64,000 nucleotides of DNA, from contig OZ024741.1 in assembly GCA_964016885.1 (NCBI GenBank), forward strand, positions 318,060,001 to 318,124,000. The letters are read 5' to 3'. A program made the position numbers and the translations under genes. The notes under the pieces are model-generated. The model was not told the DNA's origin. It did no database searches and saw nothing but the letters and a program-made list of their open reading frames with translations. The stretch comes from Eledone cirrhosa. Lineage: Eukaryota. Below are positions 38,370-51,869 of the stretch, in pieces (position 1 is the first letter of the stretch; each line of letters begins with the position of its first letter).

Positions 38370-40390
38370 AATAATTAATACCTAACAGTATCTCTATTCA
38401 AGTACACTGCTGTAGTCTTAAATTGGTTGAGAGAACAACTCAAACAAGAAAGACTATGAAGATGTACAGAGCATTTTATCCAAGAGATATTCTGGACAGA
38501 TTATATCTACCAAAGAAAGAAGGAGGGTGATGGTAAATTTCCATATATGAGTGTATTGATATGGCAGAACGTAACCTAGAGGAATATGTGATGAAAACTT
38601 TAGAAATACTTATAACTGCAGCAAGAGGGATAATCAAGTGGAAGTTGAAAATGTAAAGGCATAAAGAAGGAGGAATAAAGGGTAAAGAGAAAGAAATATT
38701 TAGGGAAATGACCTCCATTGATGTATTTAAGACAAACCAAGGAATCAATAGCTTTTAATAAGAAATCCTGGATGTGACTGCAAAATAGTGAGTTGAAAAA
38801 AGAAACTGAAAGTCTAATCATAGCTCGCCAATCACAAGCCTTATGGACTAATCTTATTAAAGCTAAACACTACTACTCCTAATAATAATAATTGTTTCTA
38901 CTTTTGGCACAAGGCCAGCAATTATCCCAGTGCATTATTAGTACTTTATTTTATTGACCCCGTAAGGATGAAAGGCAAAGTTAATCTCGGCGAGATTTGA
39001 ACTCAGATCGTAATAATAATAATAATAATGATTTCATTTATTGGCCACAAGGGCTGACATATAGGGGACAATACAAAAGACTGGGACAGTGGGGTTTTAC
39101 AGAAAAATCGAGTAAACAATATGAATAACAATAACAAAGTAACAAGAAACATACAACAAGAAAAATTCCCCAATAGGGGGGATGACCACTCAGGGTTCGC
39201 TCAGGTACCCCATCAATCCTGAACGACCCAACGCTTTGAGATCACCCTGGAAGGGCACCTCTCTCCTCCTCAAATTTACCCACCTACAGCCACATGACCA
39301 GAGTAGGCCCACTCACACGGGCCATTCTCGTCACATTTACCCACCTTTCAGCAAATGTACTGGGGGAAGCACTTCTCTCTCCACCCTCACCTTCCTTTCC
39401 AAGTGAAATTTGAAAAGGTTGATGAGGGATTGGCCAAAGAGAAAAGTGTCTGTCTTCAGTCCTTTCAACCTCGTCCACCATACAACCTCTTTCGCTACTG
39501 CCACCAGACAGAGGAAAATTGCCTGCCCTTCCTGGCCAAAGGAAGGCGGCGGGTCGATCTTCACTATGGACTCAGCCGATAGCCGGATCCATTCTACACG
39601 CAACAACAGCTGTTCGACATATCTCCACAGGTCAGTAATGTTTTTTCGTTGTCGCTGTTACTGTCATTTTTGTTTTTCAAAATTAGAGTTCTCATTGGTA
39701 TCATTGGTGTCTTTGTTTACATTGTTTGTGGTGGTGTTTGTGTTATCAATATCTGTTAATTTCACTGTAGCGCTCCTCTCAACTTCTATGTCGTTGTCGC
39801 ACGACAGCAGACATATCGCTGGGGGGCGTGGCTCAGCCATGTTTTTTTTGTTTTTTTTTCCTCGATAATTTTTTAAAATGTAAAAAAGTTGAAATATTTG
39901 GGCCAAAAGACCCAAATATTATTCTTTCCCCTTCACAGGGCAAAGTCCAAGGGCTTGTATGCGTTACACAACAACAAACAATTCAATAAATCAGTTTTGA
40001 TAGGTAAATAAGTGAACTTACGGGAGCGAGCAAAAAGACATCCGTTCAGACTCAATAATAATAATAATAATAATAATAACAATACGTTATCGTAAATGAT
40101 AATGCAAAAATCTTGTGGAACTTTGTGATACAGTGAGACCATGAGATGAAGCATAGAAAACCTAATATTGTGATAATTGAGAAAGAAAGCAAACAGTGTT
40201 GGATCCAGAATATAGCATGTCCAGCTGATAATAAGGTATACAATAAAGAAGGAAAAAGTGTTGATAGGTATGACAGGTTAGCTTGGGAAGTTAAGCAGTT
40301 GTAGTCATTGAAAAAAGTGGTAGTAATACCAATAACAGTTGGAGCCTTAGGAACATTAAATAAAGATCTTGAGAAGTACATTGCACAAAT
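38370..40390 (+). mobile_element. Degenerate R4/Dong element in two pieces (38370-38878, 40081-40390) split by a SINE and a Tx1 insertion
   Basis: DRLYLPKKEGG, LKKETESLIIA..QAL, ILWNFVIQ, RKPNIVII, VVVIPITVGALG; many stops. Confidence 0.8.
39031..40053 (-). mobile_element. Tx1-family element, probably internally deleted
   Basis: 39031-39635 is homologous to the Tx1 ORF2 C-terminus and 3' UTR; it is joined to a CpG-containing upstream segment with a short ORF (MAEPRPPAIC...); (AAT)n on both sides. Confidence 0.75.
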
Positions 40391-41939
40391 CATCATCATC
40401 ATGATCATCATCATTTTACGTCCGCTTTTCCCTGCAAGGGATTGCAATATAGGTGGAGCACTAGTAGAAAGCAACTTTGCTTTGAAAAGCTTGAATACTC
40501 CGGAGGGTACTTGAAAAATAAGGAGTGTTACCTCAGTTCACAAACAGTGAACAGCTGACACTGTAATACATTAATACATTTCCAGTGTTAGAAGCTGTGT
40601 GAAGAAAATCTAACGACAATAATAACTGTAATGATCCTCATTATATTATCCACAGGCAAGAGTAAAAGAATAGGAAGAAATGTTATTATGGATTCTGTAT
40701 TTTTGCCTCCCAGAATGAATGCATAACGTCTGCCAGAACATATGATAAAACATACAATATATGATACAGAATACAGAATATACAGTAAGTGACTTTAATG
40801 TTTAACTGATATATTCTACTATTCTTAGAGCAATGCCTCAAGTTATAAGAATAATGTTTCAACATAGAATTATTTCTCTGTTGACCTCTGATGTCAGCCA
40901 TATTTCAATAATTTCATAGCTGTTTTCATTTCCAATATAACTGTATGGCCCCTTTTTACTTTGCAATTTATCCCCCCCCCCCCCCCCCCCTCCTCCTCCT
41001 ACTCCTCCTCACCCGCCCGCCTCCTTTATTCATTCATAACTATATAATTTTCTTCTTCCTTTCATTTACACCACACTATTCATTTCTATCTATATCTTCT
41101 TCCTATATTTATTCATCCTTTCACTCACAACTCTCTATTTATATCTATATCTATATCGTCTTCCTATATTTCTTCCTCCTTTCAACCATATCTCATTTTC
41201 TTTATATAATAATATCTTTACCCACTTCCATTTTCTTGCCTTCATTACTGTTTCCATTCCCAATCTGTACTGCTACTTTTCACCTTTATATCTCTGATGT
41301 TTTCCCTCCGGGAGATGTTAATGTAAGCCAAGATTATATCTACACGGCCACATCAACAACAAACTTCAAATGAAGTCTACCATTATTATTTTGCTTCTGA
41401 CATCTCAATTCATTTCTTCATATCAATTTCAAAATTATTGGAAAAGGGATTGTTCCTTTTCCCATCTTATTTTCCCATAGTTATTCCATAACTTTTACTA
41501 TATATATATATATATATATACATACGTGTGTGTTTGTGTGTATACACACATATAAGTGTGTGTGTTTGTGATAAATGTTGATAAAAATGGGTACTTCGCC
41601 AAGCGAGATCAATCTTGACTCGTCTACTTGGCATTGTGCCAATTTCTTCAATTGGTGTCGGTCATTAAAGTCCAGAATTTTATTATTTTGATTCTCATCT
41701 CACGCGCACTCCCTCACTTTCTCTCTTTCAATATATATATATATATATGGTGCAGTGTAATTTGGTAAAGAATATCCAATGTTGGGAGAGCATTGAATCC
41801 GTGGGACAAGTTGTGGTATATAGATATTTATTACACTATCGTGTCATTTGTGGTTGGTCCAATTGTTTCTCTGGCTGTCTATTTAAGATTTTCACTGAGA
41901 CAGGCCCTAGACACCCAGGCTATATTGATTCCATAGTTA

Positions 41940-42008
<69 letters not shown>

Positions 42009-42037
42009 GTATTCACACATATATATAATATATAATA

Positions 42038-43548
42038 ATAATTGTTTCTACATTTGGCACAAGGCCAGCAATTACCCAGTACATTACTGGTACTTTATTT
42101 TATCGACCATGTAAGGATGAAAGACAAAGTTAACCTCAACGAGATTTGAAGTCAGACCGTAAAGGGATGTAACTATGCTGGAAAGCATGGCGTCCGACCC
42201 TCTACCGATACTGCCAATTCACTGCCCTTATAATATATATAATAATTGTTTCTACTTTAGGCACAAGGCCAGCAATTACCCAGTGCATTAATATATATAT
42301 ATAATAGTAATATATATATATAATAATAATAATATATATATATATTAATAATAATTGTTTCTACCTTTGGCACAAGGCCAGCAATTACTCAGTACATTAC
42401 TGGTACTTTATTTTATCGACCCCGTAAGGATGAAAGGCAAAGTTAACCTTGGCGGTTATATATTAATAATAATTGTTTCTACTTTAGGCACAAGGCCAGC
42501 AATTACCCAGTGCATTAATAATAATGACATACGTTAAGACGGGCGTTCGGGAGAGTGAAAGTAAATTTTTTGACAACAGTGAATTTTTTTTTTTTTTTTT
42601 TTCAATGAAAGTTACGATACACACGCAATTGCATGGATTTCTTAATATATATATATATATGTGTGGGTATATATGTGTGTCTGTATGTATATATATATGT
42701 GTGTTTGTATATATATGTGTTTGTGTCATCATCATCGTTTAACGTCTATCTAAAGAAAAAATAATCACACACGCAATACTAATTAACACCATATCACTAT
42801 AGAGACCTGTTGTAAATAAACAAACAAATTCACAGTGTACACACATATATACACACATATACACACCCACACATATATATATATTAAGAAATCCATACAA
42901 TTGCATGTGTATCGTAACTTTCACTGTAAAAAAAACAAACAAACAAATTCACTGTTGTCAAAAAATTTACTTTCACTTTCCCGAACACCCGTCTTAACGT
43001 ATGCCAATAATAATAATAATAATTGTTTCTACTTTTGGCACAAGGCCAGCAATTATCCCAGTGTATTACTGGTACTTTATTTTATCAACCTCGTAAGGAT
43101 GACAGGCAAAGTTAACCATGGCGGATTTGAACTCAGTTAATAATAATAATTGTTTCTACTTTTGGCACAAGGCTAGCAAATACCCAGTGTATTACTGGTA
43201 CTTTATTTCATCGACCCCGTAAGGATGAAAGGCAAAGTTAACCTCGGCGGGATTTGAACTCAGAATGGAAAGGGCCGTAACTCTTTGCGTCAAAGCATGG
43301 CGTCCGACTCTCTACCGATACTGCCAATCCACTGCCCTTAATATAATACAATAATAATAATAATTGTTTCTACTTTTGGCACAAGGCCAGCAATTACCCA
43401 GTACATTACTGGTACTTTATTTTATCGACCCCGTAAGGATGAAAGGCAAAGTTAACCTCGACGGGATTTGAACTCAAACCGTAAAGGGATGTAACTATGC
43501 TAGAAAGCATGGCGTCCAACCCTCTACTGATACTGCCAATTCACCGCC
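42038..43548 (-). mobile_element. Cluster of at least 7 same-orientation SINE family A copies
   Basis: Repeated AATTGTTTCTACTTT.GGCACAAGGCCAGCAA 3' ends at ~42040, 42243, 42352, 42471, 43021, 43148 and 43363, each embedded in (AAT)n or TA-rich sequence. Confidence 0.9.
42527..43006. repeat. Inverted repeat element (~150 bp arms)
   Basis: CATACGTTAAGACGGGCGTTCGGGAGAGTGAAAG... vs ...CTTTCACTTTCCCGAACACCCGTCTTAACGTATG; flanked by (AAT)n. Confidence 0.85.
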
Positions 43549-46500
43549 CAATTCACTACAATAATAATAATAATAAGCATGGATGAGGTGTCAAATTTTC
43601 ATTATGTTTATTCAGGTGTCATGCTTGTTTCACGATTGATTAGCTCAAGGTTCGATCTCTATCGGATGGGCCCTACCCTTGAATCAAAAGCTCATCAGAT
43701 TTCTGTTAACACAATGATGGATATATATATATATATATAACACTGTTTAACATCCACTTTCCCTGTTAGCAAGCATTGGGCAGATCTACAAAGACCAAGT
43801 CAATATTAAAGAGGGACTACTGATCTTCCAGACAGGCCAGGGGGTCTGCATATCGCTTACAAGTGGTCTCATATTCTACTGAATGTACAAGAGAAATTGT
43901 CATGTCTTTGGCACAACTGAAGGGTCTTCCCAGCTCTTGTTTTGTAAGCTTTCTATGGCTGGATGCCCTTCCCAATACCAACCACTTTACAGTGTGTATT
44001 AGGTATTTTTATCATGTAGATCACCAACACTAGCATGATTGTTGTGCTGTGACACAACTGAAGGGTCCTCATAACCCATTTTAGGCATAGTTCTACAGCG
44101 AGGTGCCCTTGTTACCAACCACTTTACATATAATGTTCAGCCTTTTCTAGCAGAGAAAATGGGCGTTAAATGATAATAATGATGATATATATATATATAT
44201 ATAGCATCAACATCATCATCATTTTATGCCCGCTTTTCTCCTGTTTTTCCATGCCTGCAATAGTTGGATAGGTTCTCTCCACCTCAACCTGTCTCCACTT
44301 ATTGCATTCCCTTGCCTTCTCTGTGAACTTATGGACAGAGCATGGTGAAATAGTTAAAGTATTCACTTCACAACTATTACATTCTGGGTTTGATCCCACT
44401 CCATGGCATCTTGGCAAGTGTCATCTTACCAAGATCTTGGGTCGACCCATGCCTTGTGAGTAAAATTAAGTAGACTGTATTTGTAGTTCAAAGAGCCATG
44501 CTTGTCACACACTGTCAGACTTAATCTCCTTGAGAATTACATTAAGGCTACACGTGTTTGTGGGATATTCAGCAACATACACATTGATTGAACAAATGGA
44601 ACACTCATCATCATGGCAGCAATACTACCATAGTTAGCTAAGAAAGGGCTGTGCCCACTATTTTTTATAGGGTTTCTGAGACTGTTGAGAGAGAGGAGAG
44701 GAGGAAGGTATCTCCAGACCAATAACCTGGCCTATAAGTGAACTCTGCTAAAATTTGTATTACGGTGAATATGGCTGAGCATTCCACAGGCATGTGTATC
44801 TTTGATGTAATTCTCAGGGGACTCAGCATGACACAAGGAGATTTTCACAGATGTTTACCATTAAGGTAATTTTCAGGGAGATTCCGTATGATACAGTGTG
44901 TCCCAAGGCTGGTCTTCTGAATTACAAGTATTGAATTACATCTGATGGGCTTCCAAACTGTTTCTGTCTACCCTATTTTACTTACAAGGTGAGGGTCTAC
45001 CTGAGGCTCCAGTAAATGACACTTGCCCAATATGTTCTGCAGTGGGATTGAACCTGAGACTTTATGATTGCAGAGGGAACAACAATAACAATATCTATCT
45101 AAAGGTGAGAAATAAAGAGGATTCTTCTAGTGTCAAAGATACTAAAACAAAAATAAAGTGATTAAAAATCTCGATATCTGGATATAAAGGTCAACTTGAT
45201 GGTGATATAAAGTGCAGATGTTTCAAGATGTGAACTAAGGTGAATAAAATTCTCATGAAAAGATAGTTACATAAACAATCATATGGATTTTTTAGCGGAA
45301 AAATATTGAGATCTAAGAAGAAAGTAAACACTTGATCTGAAATGTGGGAGATAACAGCATATAATAGATTCAGATGATGATATGTAATGAATCTACTAAA
45401 CATGTAATCAATCTTTTATACATGGAATCAATTTGTTATACATGTTATAGTAGGAAAAATAACTGAATGTTAAGATCTATAAGTTAAAAGCATGTGAAGT
45501 TGGCTCTCATAAAATATAAGCAAAGGTATGTTTTAGCTGAAAAATCTAAGCAAAAATCTGCAAACAATGACTAAATTGATCCAATAAAACTGGATAACAT
45601 AACGTGTAATATCAGATGTGATATCTAACAAGAAGCAAAACAAAACAAAACAAAACAACAAAACAAAACAAAACACAATGTAAAAACTAAGATCTCTACA
45701 CATCATTTCTATAAAAAGAATATTAACTGTGCTGACTAAGAGAATGTGTATTTAGAAATAACTATATTAAATGTACATCAATGCAATGTATAGATTTGAA
45801 GAACATATTGATATTGCTAAAAGAACTTCTCAGAGGAAATTGTAATATTAATGAAGACAGTATTTGGTAATTCAGTGATATTAATGTTGATCTTCTGAGA
45901 ATGTCTGTTATAAATGGAGATGATTTAGTGATCCATAATTAGTTTAAGCTCCTGTTTTGTTTTGTATAGGATTGCATTCTAATATAAGCTGGCATGTATC
46001 AATCAGCATATCACTATTAACCCCTTTGATATCAACTTGGCCATAACAGGCTCCAGTTCTATGAAACAATCATCCATTTAAATATATTCCTGTTTAACCC
46101 TTTTGATACTAACCCAGCTAAAACTGGCTCTGGTTCTATGAAACAAAACCACCCTTTTTAAAGTGTTCCTGTTTAACTCTCGTGGCACTAATCTGGCCAA
46201 AACAGGCTCTAGTTCTTTCAAACAAAACCCATCCATTTTGAAGTATAACTCTATTGCTACCAATCTGAAGTATAACTCTATTTATACCAATCTGACCCAA
46301 ACCAAGCTCCAGTTCTAAAAAAACATCCATTTTAAAGTGTTCCTGTTTAACCCTCTTGATACTAAACTGTTTAATACTTTTGGTACATGGCGTTTCTCTT
46401 CTTTCCTAGACTAAAAATGTTTGTGTGCACCTTACAGTATATCAATATCCACATGGTGTATTGCAATCCATACCATTAACTTATTTAAGTTATTTCCCTT

Positions 46501-46589
46501 AGCCTCCAATTTTGTTGAATTTCTCAACAATGTTCCTTCTAAATTGTATAGGTGTACAGCTGTGCAATCACTCTGTTGGGGTAGTGCAC

Positions 46590-47100
46590 ATTAAAATGTT
46601 GCTGCTCAGAAGCTTTGAAATGTTGTGGCTCAGTAGCTTTGAAATGTTGTGGCTCAGTAGCTTTGGAATGCTGTGGCTCAGTAGCTTTGAAACGTTGTGG
46701 CTCAGTAGCTTTGAAATGTTAGGAGTTGCTATATTGATGCTGCACACATTAAAATGTTGCCATTTAGTAACTTTGAAATATTGCCTATCAGTTGTTATGA
46801 ATTGTTACCATTTAGTAACTTTGAAATATTGCCTATAAGTTGCTATGAATTGTTGTCACTTAGTAACATTAAAATATTGCTTAGCAGTTGCTATGCATTG
46901 TTGCCTCTTAGTAGCTTTGAAATATTGCTTAGCAGTTGCTATGAATTGTTGCCTCTTAGTAACTTTGAAATATTGCTTAGTAGTTGCTATACATTGTTGC
47001 CACTTAGTAACCTTGAAATATTGCTTAGTAGTTGCTATACATTGTTGCCACTTAGTAATTTTGAAATATTGCCTACCAGTTGCTATGCATTGTTGCCTTT
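46590..47100. repeat. Minisatellite: 24-bp unit followed by a related 48-bp unit
   Basis: CAGTAGCTTTGAAATGTTGTGGCT repeated ~5 times, then TTAGTAACTTTGAAATATTGC+TTAGCAGTTGCTATGAATTGTTGCCTC repeated ~7 times. Confidence 0.9.
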
Positions 47101-49234
47101 TTGAATTTAAACTATTTTTGCTCAAAACACCAAACGTTCTACTCAGTAGTTGGGAAAAAAATTACGGGACGTTGCTTCCTAGCCTTCTTAAGTCTTGTAT
47201 TTTCTTTTCCCCATACTGTCTCATTTATTGGGTGGGACAGTGGGAGTGGTGTAATGCTGTGCAGGTGAGTACTTAAACTCTAATTGATATCCATACCTGA
47301 TTTTTTGTTCTTGTAAAAGTTGCCACGTAGAAAAAGTTGGGTTTCTACTCCCTCACTGGACTCTATAGAAGTAACAATGTGTGATAATGTAGTTTTTTGT
47401 GAAGACAAACGATAAATTGGACAATAACCATTGATATATTTATAACAAATAATTGATACTTATGTTTTTAAATTACTCTGACACAATGGTAGTAGATTGG
47501 TAAGAGTGTTGGATAAATGCATAGCAGCATTGATTTTGGCTCTTTACATTCTGAGTTCAAATCCTACTAAGGTTAGCTTTACCTTTTATCCTTCCATGGT
47601 TGATAAAATAAAGAATCAGTTAATAAATTCTCTGCTCACCCCAAATTTCTGGCCCTGTACTTAAAAAAACAAAATATTAATTACTCAGGCGCATATTATT
47701 GGGAGGACTAGACTGAAATCTTAGGGATCTGCAGGGACAATGGGGATAATCAATTTATTTATTTTCTGTGGTGGAGAGCAAGGCTAAATTGTGTGGGGGG
47801 ACTTAACATACCTGAAAGACTAGGGATCTTGTCATGGGTTAACACAGCCCAGGCTGTCAGCCATAGTGGGGAGAAATATTGAAGAGCCAGAGAGGACTTA
47901 ACATACTTGAAAGCCTAGGAGCTCAGCCATGGGTTAATACAACCCAGACAACAATGGCAACATGTTGAAGAGTTTTATATTTGGTTGATACTTGCCATGT
48001 GGAGAAAGTTGAATATCTGAACTTTCCTACTAGATTCAAGGTGTGATAAAGTTCTTGTGGAGCCAAATGATAAATGTAACAATATTGAGTACCATGATGA
48101 TAATGATGATGCTGATAATGATGATGATGATCATCGTTATTGTTTTACATCTGTTTTCCATGCTGGCATAAGTTGGACAGGTTGTTATGTTCCAAGAATA
48201 GATTGACTTATATGTTTCAGATTTAACATGGTTTCTACAGCTGGATTCTATAGCCCTTTATAATGCCAACCATTTTACAGAATGTACTGGGTGCATTTTA
48301 TTGTGGCACCAACCCTACTACTACCACCATCACTTTACTGAATGCACTGGTGCATTTATTATGGCACATGCACTACCACTTTACAAAGTGTACTAGGTGC
48401 ATTTAGAATGACACCAGCACTACCATTTTACAGAGTGTATTGGGTGCATTCTATCATGGCAGCAGCACTACCACTTAACAGAGTGTATGGGTGTATTTTA
48501 TAGTGTCACTAGATATTGATGTTTTATCAATTACTCTGGCACAAGTTGTAAAAAGAAGGGTTTTACTAGGCTTCATTTGATTGAATCAATCCCAGTTCAT
48601 GACTGGTACTTAAATTATTGACTCCAAAGGGAGTAACACAAAGTAACAGGCAACAGGGTTTTGAACTCAGCAAGCAAAGAGAAAGCAGTATTTAAACCGG
48701 CTATATTTGGCCAGATTCTCTCACCTCTTTCTGTTCAAATCGAACCGGCCCTCATATCGATGTTAAAGTATTCTTCTCAAAATAAATAATATCAAAATCT
48801 TATAGATTCAATATTATGTGAGATAAAGTGTTTACTACAAAAATACAATAGTATATATAGAGTAATGTAAATGCTAAAGGGTTAACTTAACCCTTTTGGT
48901 ACCAAACTACCTGAAACTGTCCTAGGTTGTGTGATCAAAGTCATTTATTTTAAAGTGTTTATATTTATCTAAAAAAAACTTCCATCATTCTATGAACCTT
49001 TGTTAAGTTATATTCCAAACACCAGTTTAATAATAAGAAAATCAAATTCTTGATTATTTTCAAAATGATTTGAAAATCATAGGTAGTTTATTTCATTAGA
49101 AATATGGTAATGAAATGGTTAAATACCACATGCGATTAAACTGAACACTTTAACTTTATAACAAATAAATACAACAGATAATAAAACTAAGTGTGTGTGG
49201 GTATTTTGAGCAAATGTACCCCCGAAACACAAAC

Positions 49235-49353
49235 TGCTTTCCCACAAAAGTCTGCCCTGTTGGGCACAGCACATATACTCAGGAAAGGTCATTGTTGAGA
49301 CCCAACAGGCAGTAGAAAATCCAGTAATCATCACATTTATGGTGCAAATCATC

Positions 49354-49420
<67 letters not shown>
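49235..49420 (+). mobile_element. R4/Dong 3'-terminal fragment with (AAT)n(GAT)n
   Basis: Encodes QKSALLGTAHILRK, the typical C-terminus of RLE-type elements. Confidence 0.65.
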
Positions 49421-49422
<2 letters not shown>

Positions 49423-49863
49423 ATTCATTATAAAAATAAAACTTAATTAGAAGGAAGTAAGAAAAAATAAATTAAATTTAAATCTGGCTTATCATCAGAA
49501 AGTAATTAGTTGTCAGCCATAATGATGTTTGTTAGACATCTAGACGTTAAGTAAGTGGAGAGCTGGAAGAGGTTTAGTGTCTGAGTGGATAGGGGATGGG
49601 AGATCACTATGTACTTGGATATTGCTAGACTCTGGATATGAGGGATATATATATATGTATATATATATCATCATCATCGTTTAACATCTATCTTCCATGC
49701 TAGTATGGGTTTAGACAGAGAGAGAGAGATAGTTCTTATCTTATGGGCCTCAACAGGAGAGCATTTATCTTGTAGAATCAAGTGGATTCATGCAATAAAA
49801 TGGTGGTATATATATATATATATATGTTTATGTATGTATGTATGTATGTATGTATGTATGTAT

Positions 49864-50470
49864 GTCAGGTTACCAGTTGGTGCTACTGGTAACATGTATC
49901 CCAGTACAACCTGTCTCATGGTCGGGTCGTTGGCAACTAAACTGGCAACCCCACCAAGGTTTCTTGGTGAGAAGGGTGACTTTGGACATCCTGCAGGACT
50001 AAAAACAAAACCTGTCAAAGGGCAAAGGAGCTCTTAAGAGTCAATGGCCATCCAAAATCACCGGGAGAAATGACCCCTTAGCCTTTGTCAAGGCAGAATT
50101 CTAGGAGAAAGAAAACTCTGATATAACACCTGCAACTCTGATGGTATCCAGTGATGTTGACTTGTTCTTCTTTTTGGTATATATCATCTTGGTTAAGAGA
50201 GTGGGACTGGCTTTGTGCAGTGCCTTTGCTCACTATAAAAGCTTCACGGCACAGGCATTACTTTATATCTGGAGATCTCTCTGCACTTGTCGTCACATGG
50301 TACCAAGAGCCCAGCACTATGTGTCAATAATTGTCACAAGTGTAGTGTTTGTACCAGAGTTTTCAAGTCGCTGGCTGGACTAAAAAGTCACACTCATTCA
50401 GCGCATCGGTAGGGTTCTCCTACATGGATATAAAGTAGTGGCCGTACTCGGAAATGAGTTGGCAGCCACC
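49864..50470 (+). mobile_element. ~600 bp non-autonomous RTE-derived element, longest copy; other copies at 30811-31368(+), 31386-31791(+), 33985-34348(+), 54756-55364(-)
   Basis: Five highly similar copies with variable 5' truncation and a common 3' end GAGTTGGCAGCCACC followed by a (TGTA)n or TA-rich tail. The 3' part encodes a C2H2 finger, [24 protein letters not shown]. Confidence 0.88.
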
Positions 50471-50525
50471 ATGTATGTATGTATGTATATATATTTTATC
50501 TGTATATATATATATATACATATAT

Positions 50526-50569
<44 letters not shown>

Positions 50570-50572
50570 CTT

Positions 50573-50636
<64 letters not shown>

Positions 50637-50638
<2 letters not shown>

Positions 50639-51750
50639 CATCATCATCATCATCAACGTTTAACGTCCGTGTTCCACGCTTGCATGGGTTTGGACGGGGG
50701 TAGTCCCACTTGAGGCAAGAGTGATTGTCTTGCTCGCATAGGACTGTCTGGCAGGTTTTCTACAGTTGGATGCCCTTCCTAACACCAACCACATTTACAG
50801 TGTGGGTCTGGGAGGTTTTTACCGTGTTGCCTACACGGCCACATTACAGCGTGGACTGTGTGTTTTTTTGTCGTGACACCTACACGATCTCATTTGTTTC
50901 GGCCTGGATGGCGCGGCACCAACATAACTTTACATAGAACGGGGTGGTGTGGATGGGGTGGGGGTGGTGGTGGTGGGACGGGGTGTATTTTGTTAGAGAT
51001 GCCTACTGGCTGGAGTAGGTTTTACTATATATTTAGGTAAGGCGGGTCTTCTCTGTTACTGAGTACCGCCAAAGGTCTCGGTCCAGTGACATTGTCTTGG
51101 AGAGGTGTAAGTGCGTGAGGTCGGAGTTTATCAGCTCGTCCCAGGTTTTTCTAGGTCTGCCTATTCCGTGGCTACCGTCTATCTTTATTGCCCTGCACTT
51201 TGTTATACAGCTATCGACTTTCATGCGCATCACGTGTCCATACCAACGTAGCCTTCTCTCGAGTAAACAACATCTGATCCCTCTTATCTCTAATTTTTTC
51301 CTTAGTTCGTTTATGCTTTGCCGTTCACGTATATTACTGTTACACATCCAGCGGAGCATGCAAGCTTCGTTCCTCTCTAGTCTGCATATATCCTCTGCAC
51401 ACAATGCCCAGGTCTCACTGCCATGCAACATTGGTGTTCGTATGCAGGCATCGTACAACCTGCCTTTCATTTTTAGGGAGAACCCTTTAGCAGCTAATAG
51501 TGGTATAAGCTCTCTGAACTTTTTCCAACCAGTTCTGACTCTAGCTACTGTACTTTCAGAGCACCCTCCCCCACTGCTGATTTTATCGCCCAGGTAACGG
51601 AAGCTGTCCACTATTTCTATAGAACCCTCTGCGCAATTGAAAGAGCTAGTATTTCGTGGGCACTTGCTGCTACTTATTGCACCAGAACACCGGCCACATG
51701 TAAAATCTATGTTCTTAGTTAGCTTACCTGTGATCCCACTACATCTTTTA
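50637..51750 (-). mobile_element. RTE-clade LINE 3' fragment, young subfamily
   Basis: Open ORF 51033-51750; nearly identical to 58731-60106; (GAT)n tail. Confidence 0.93.
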
Positions 51751-51761
51751 TTATAATATAT

Positions 51762-51796
<35 letters not shown>

Positions 51797-51869
51797 CCAT
51801 ATGTGGTTGACAGCTGAGACAAAGGAGTATTCAATACTGAAATAAAGTTTTAATATTCAATTTCATTAA

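Noticed and set aside
41620-41660. TTGAAGA plus TTGGCA/TGCCAA stem on the - strand
   Set aside because: No GAAA box after the stem; too degenerate to call.
49266-49278. CAGCACATATACT match to the U6 5' end
   Set aside because: Only 13 nt, and explained by R4 coding sequence (GTAHILRK).
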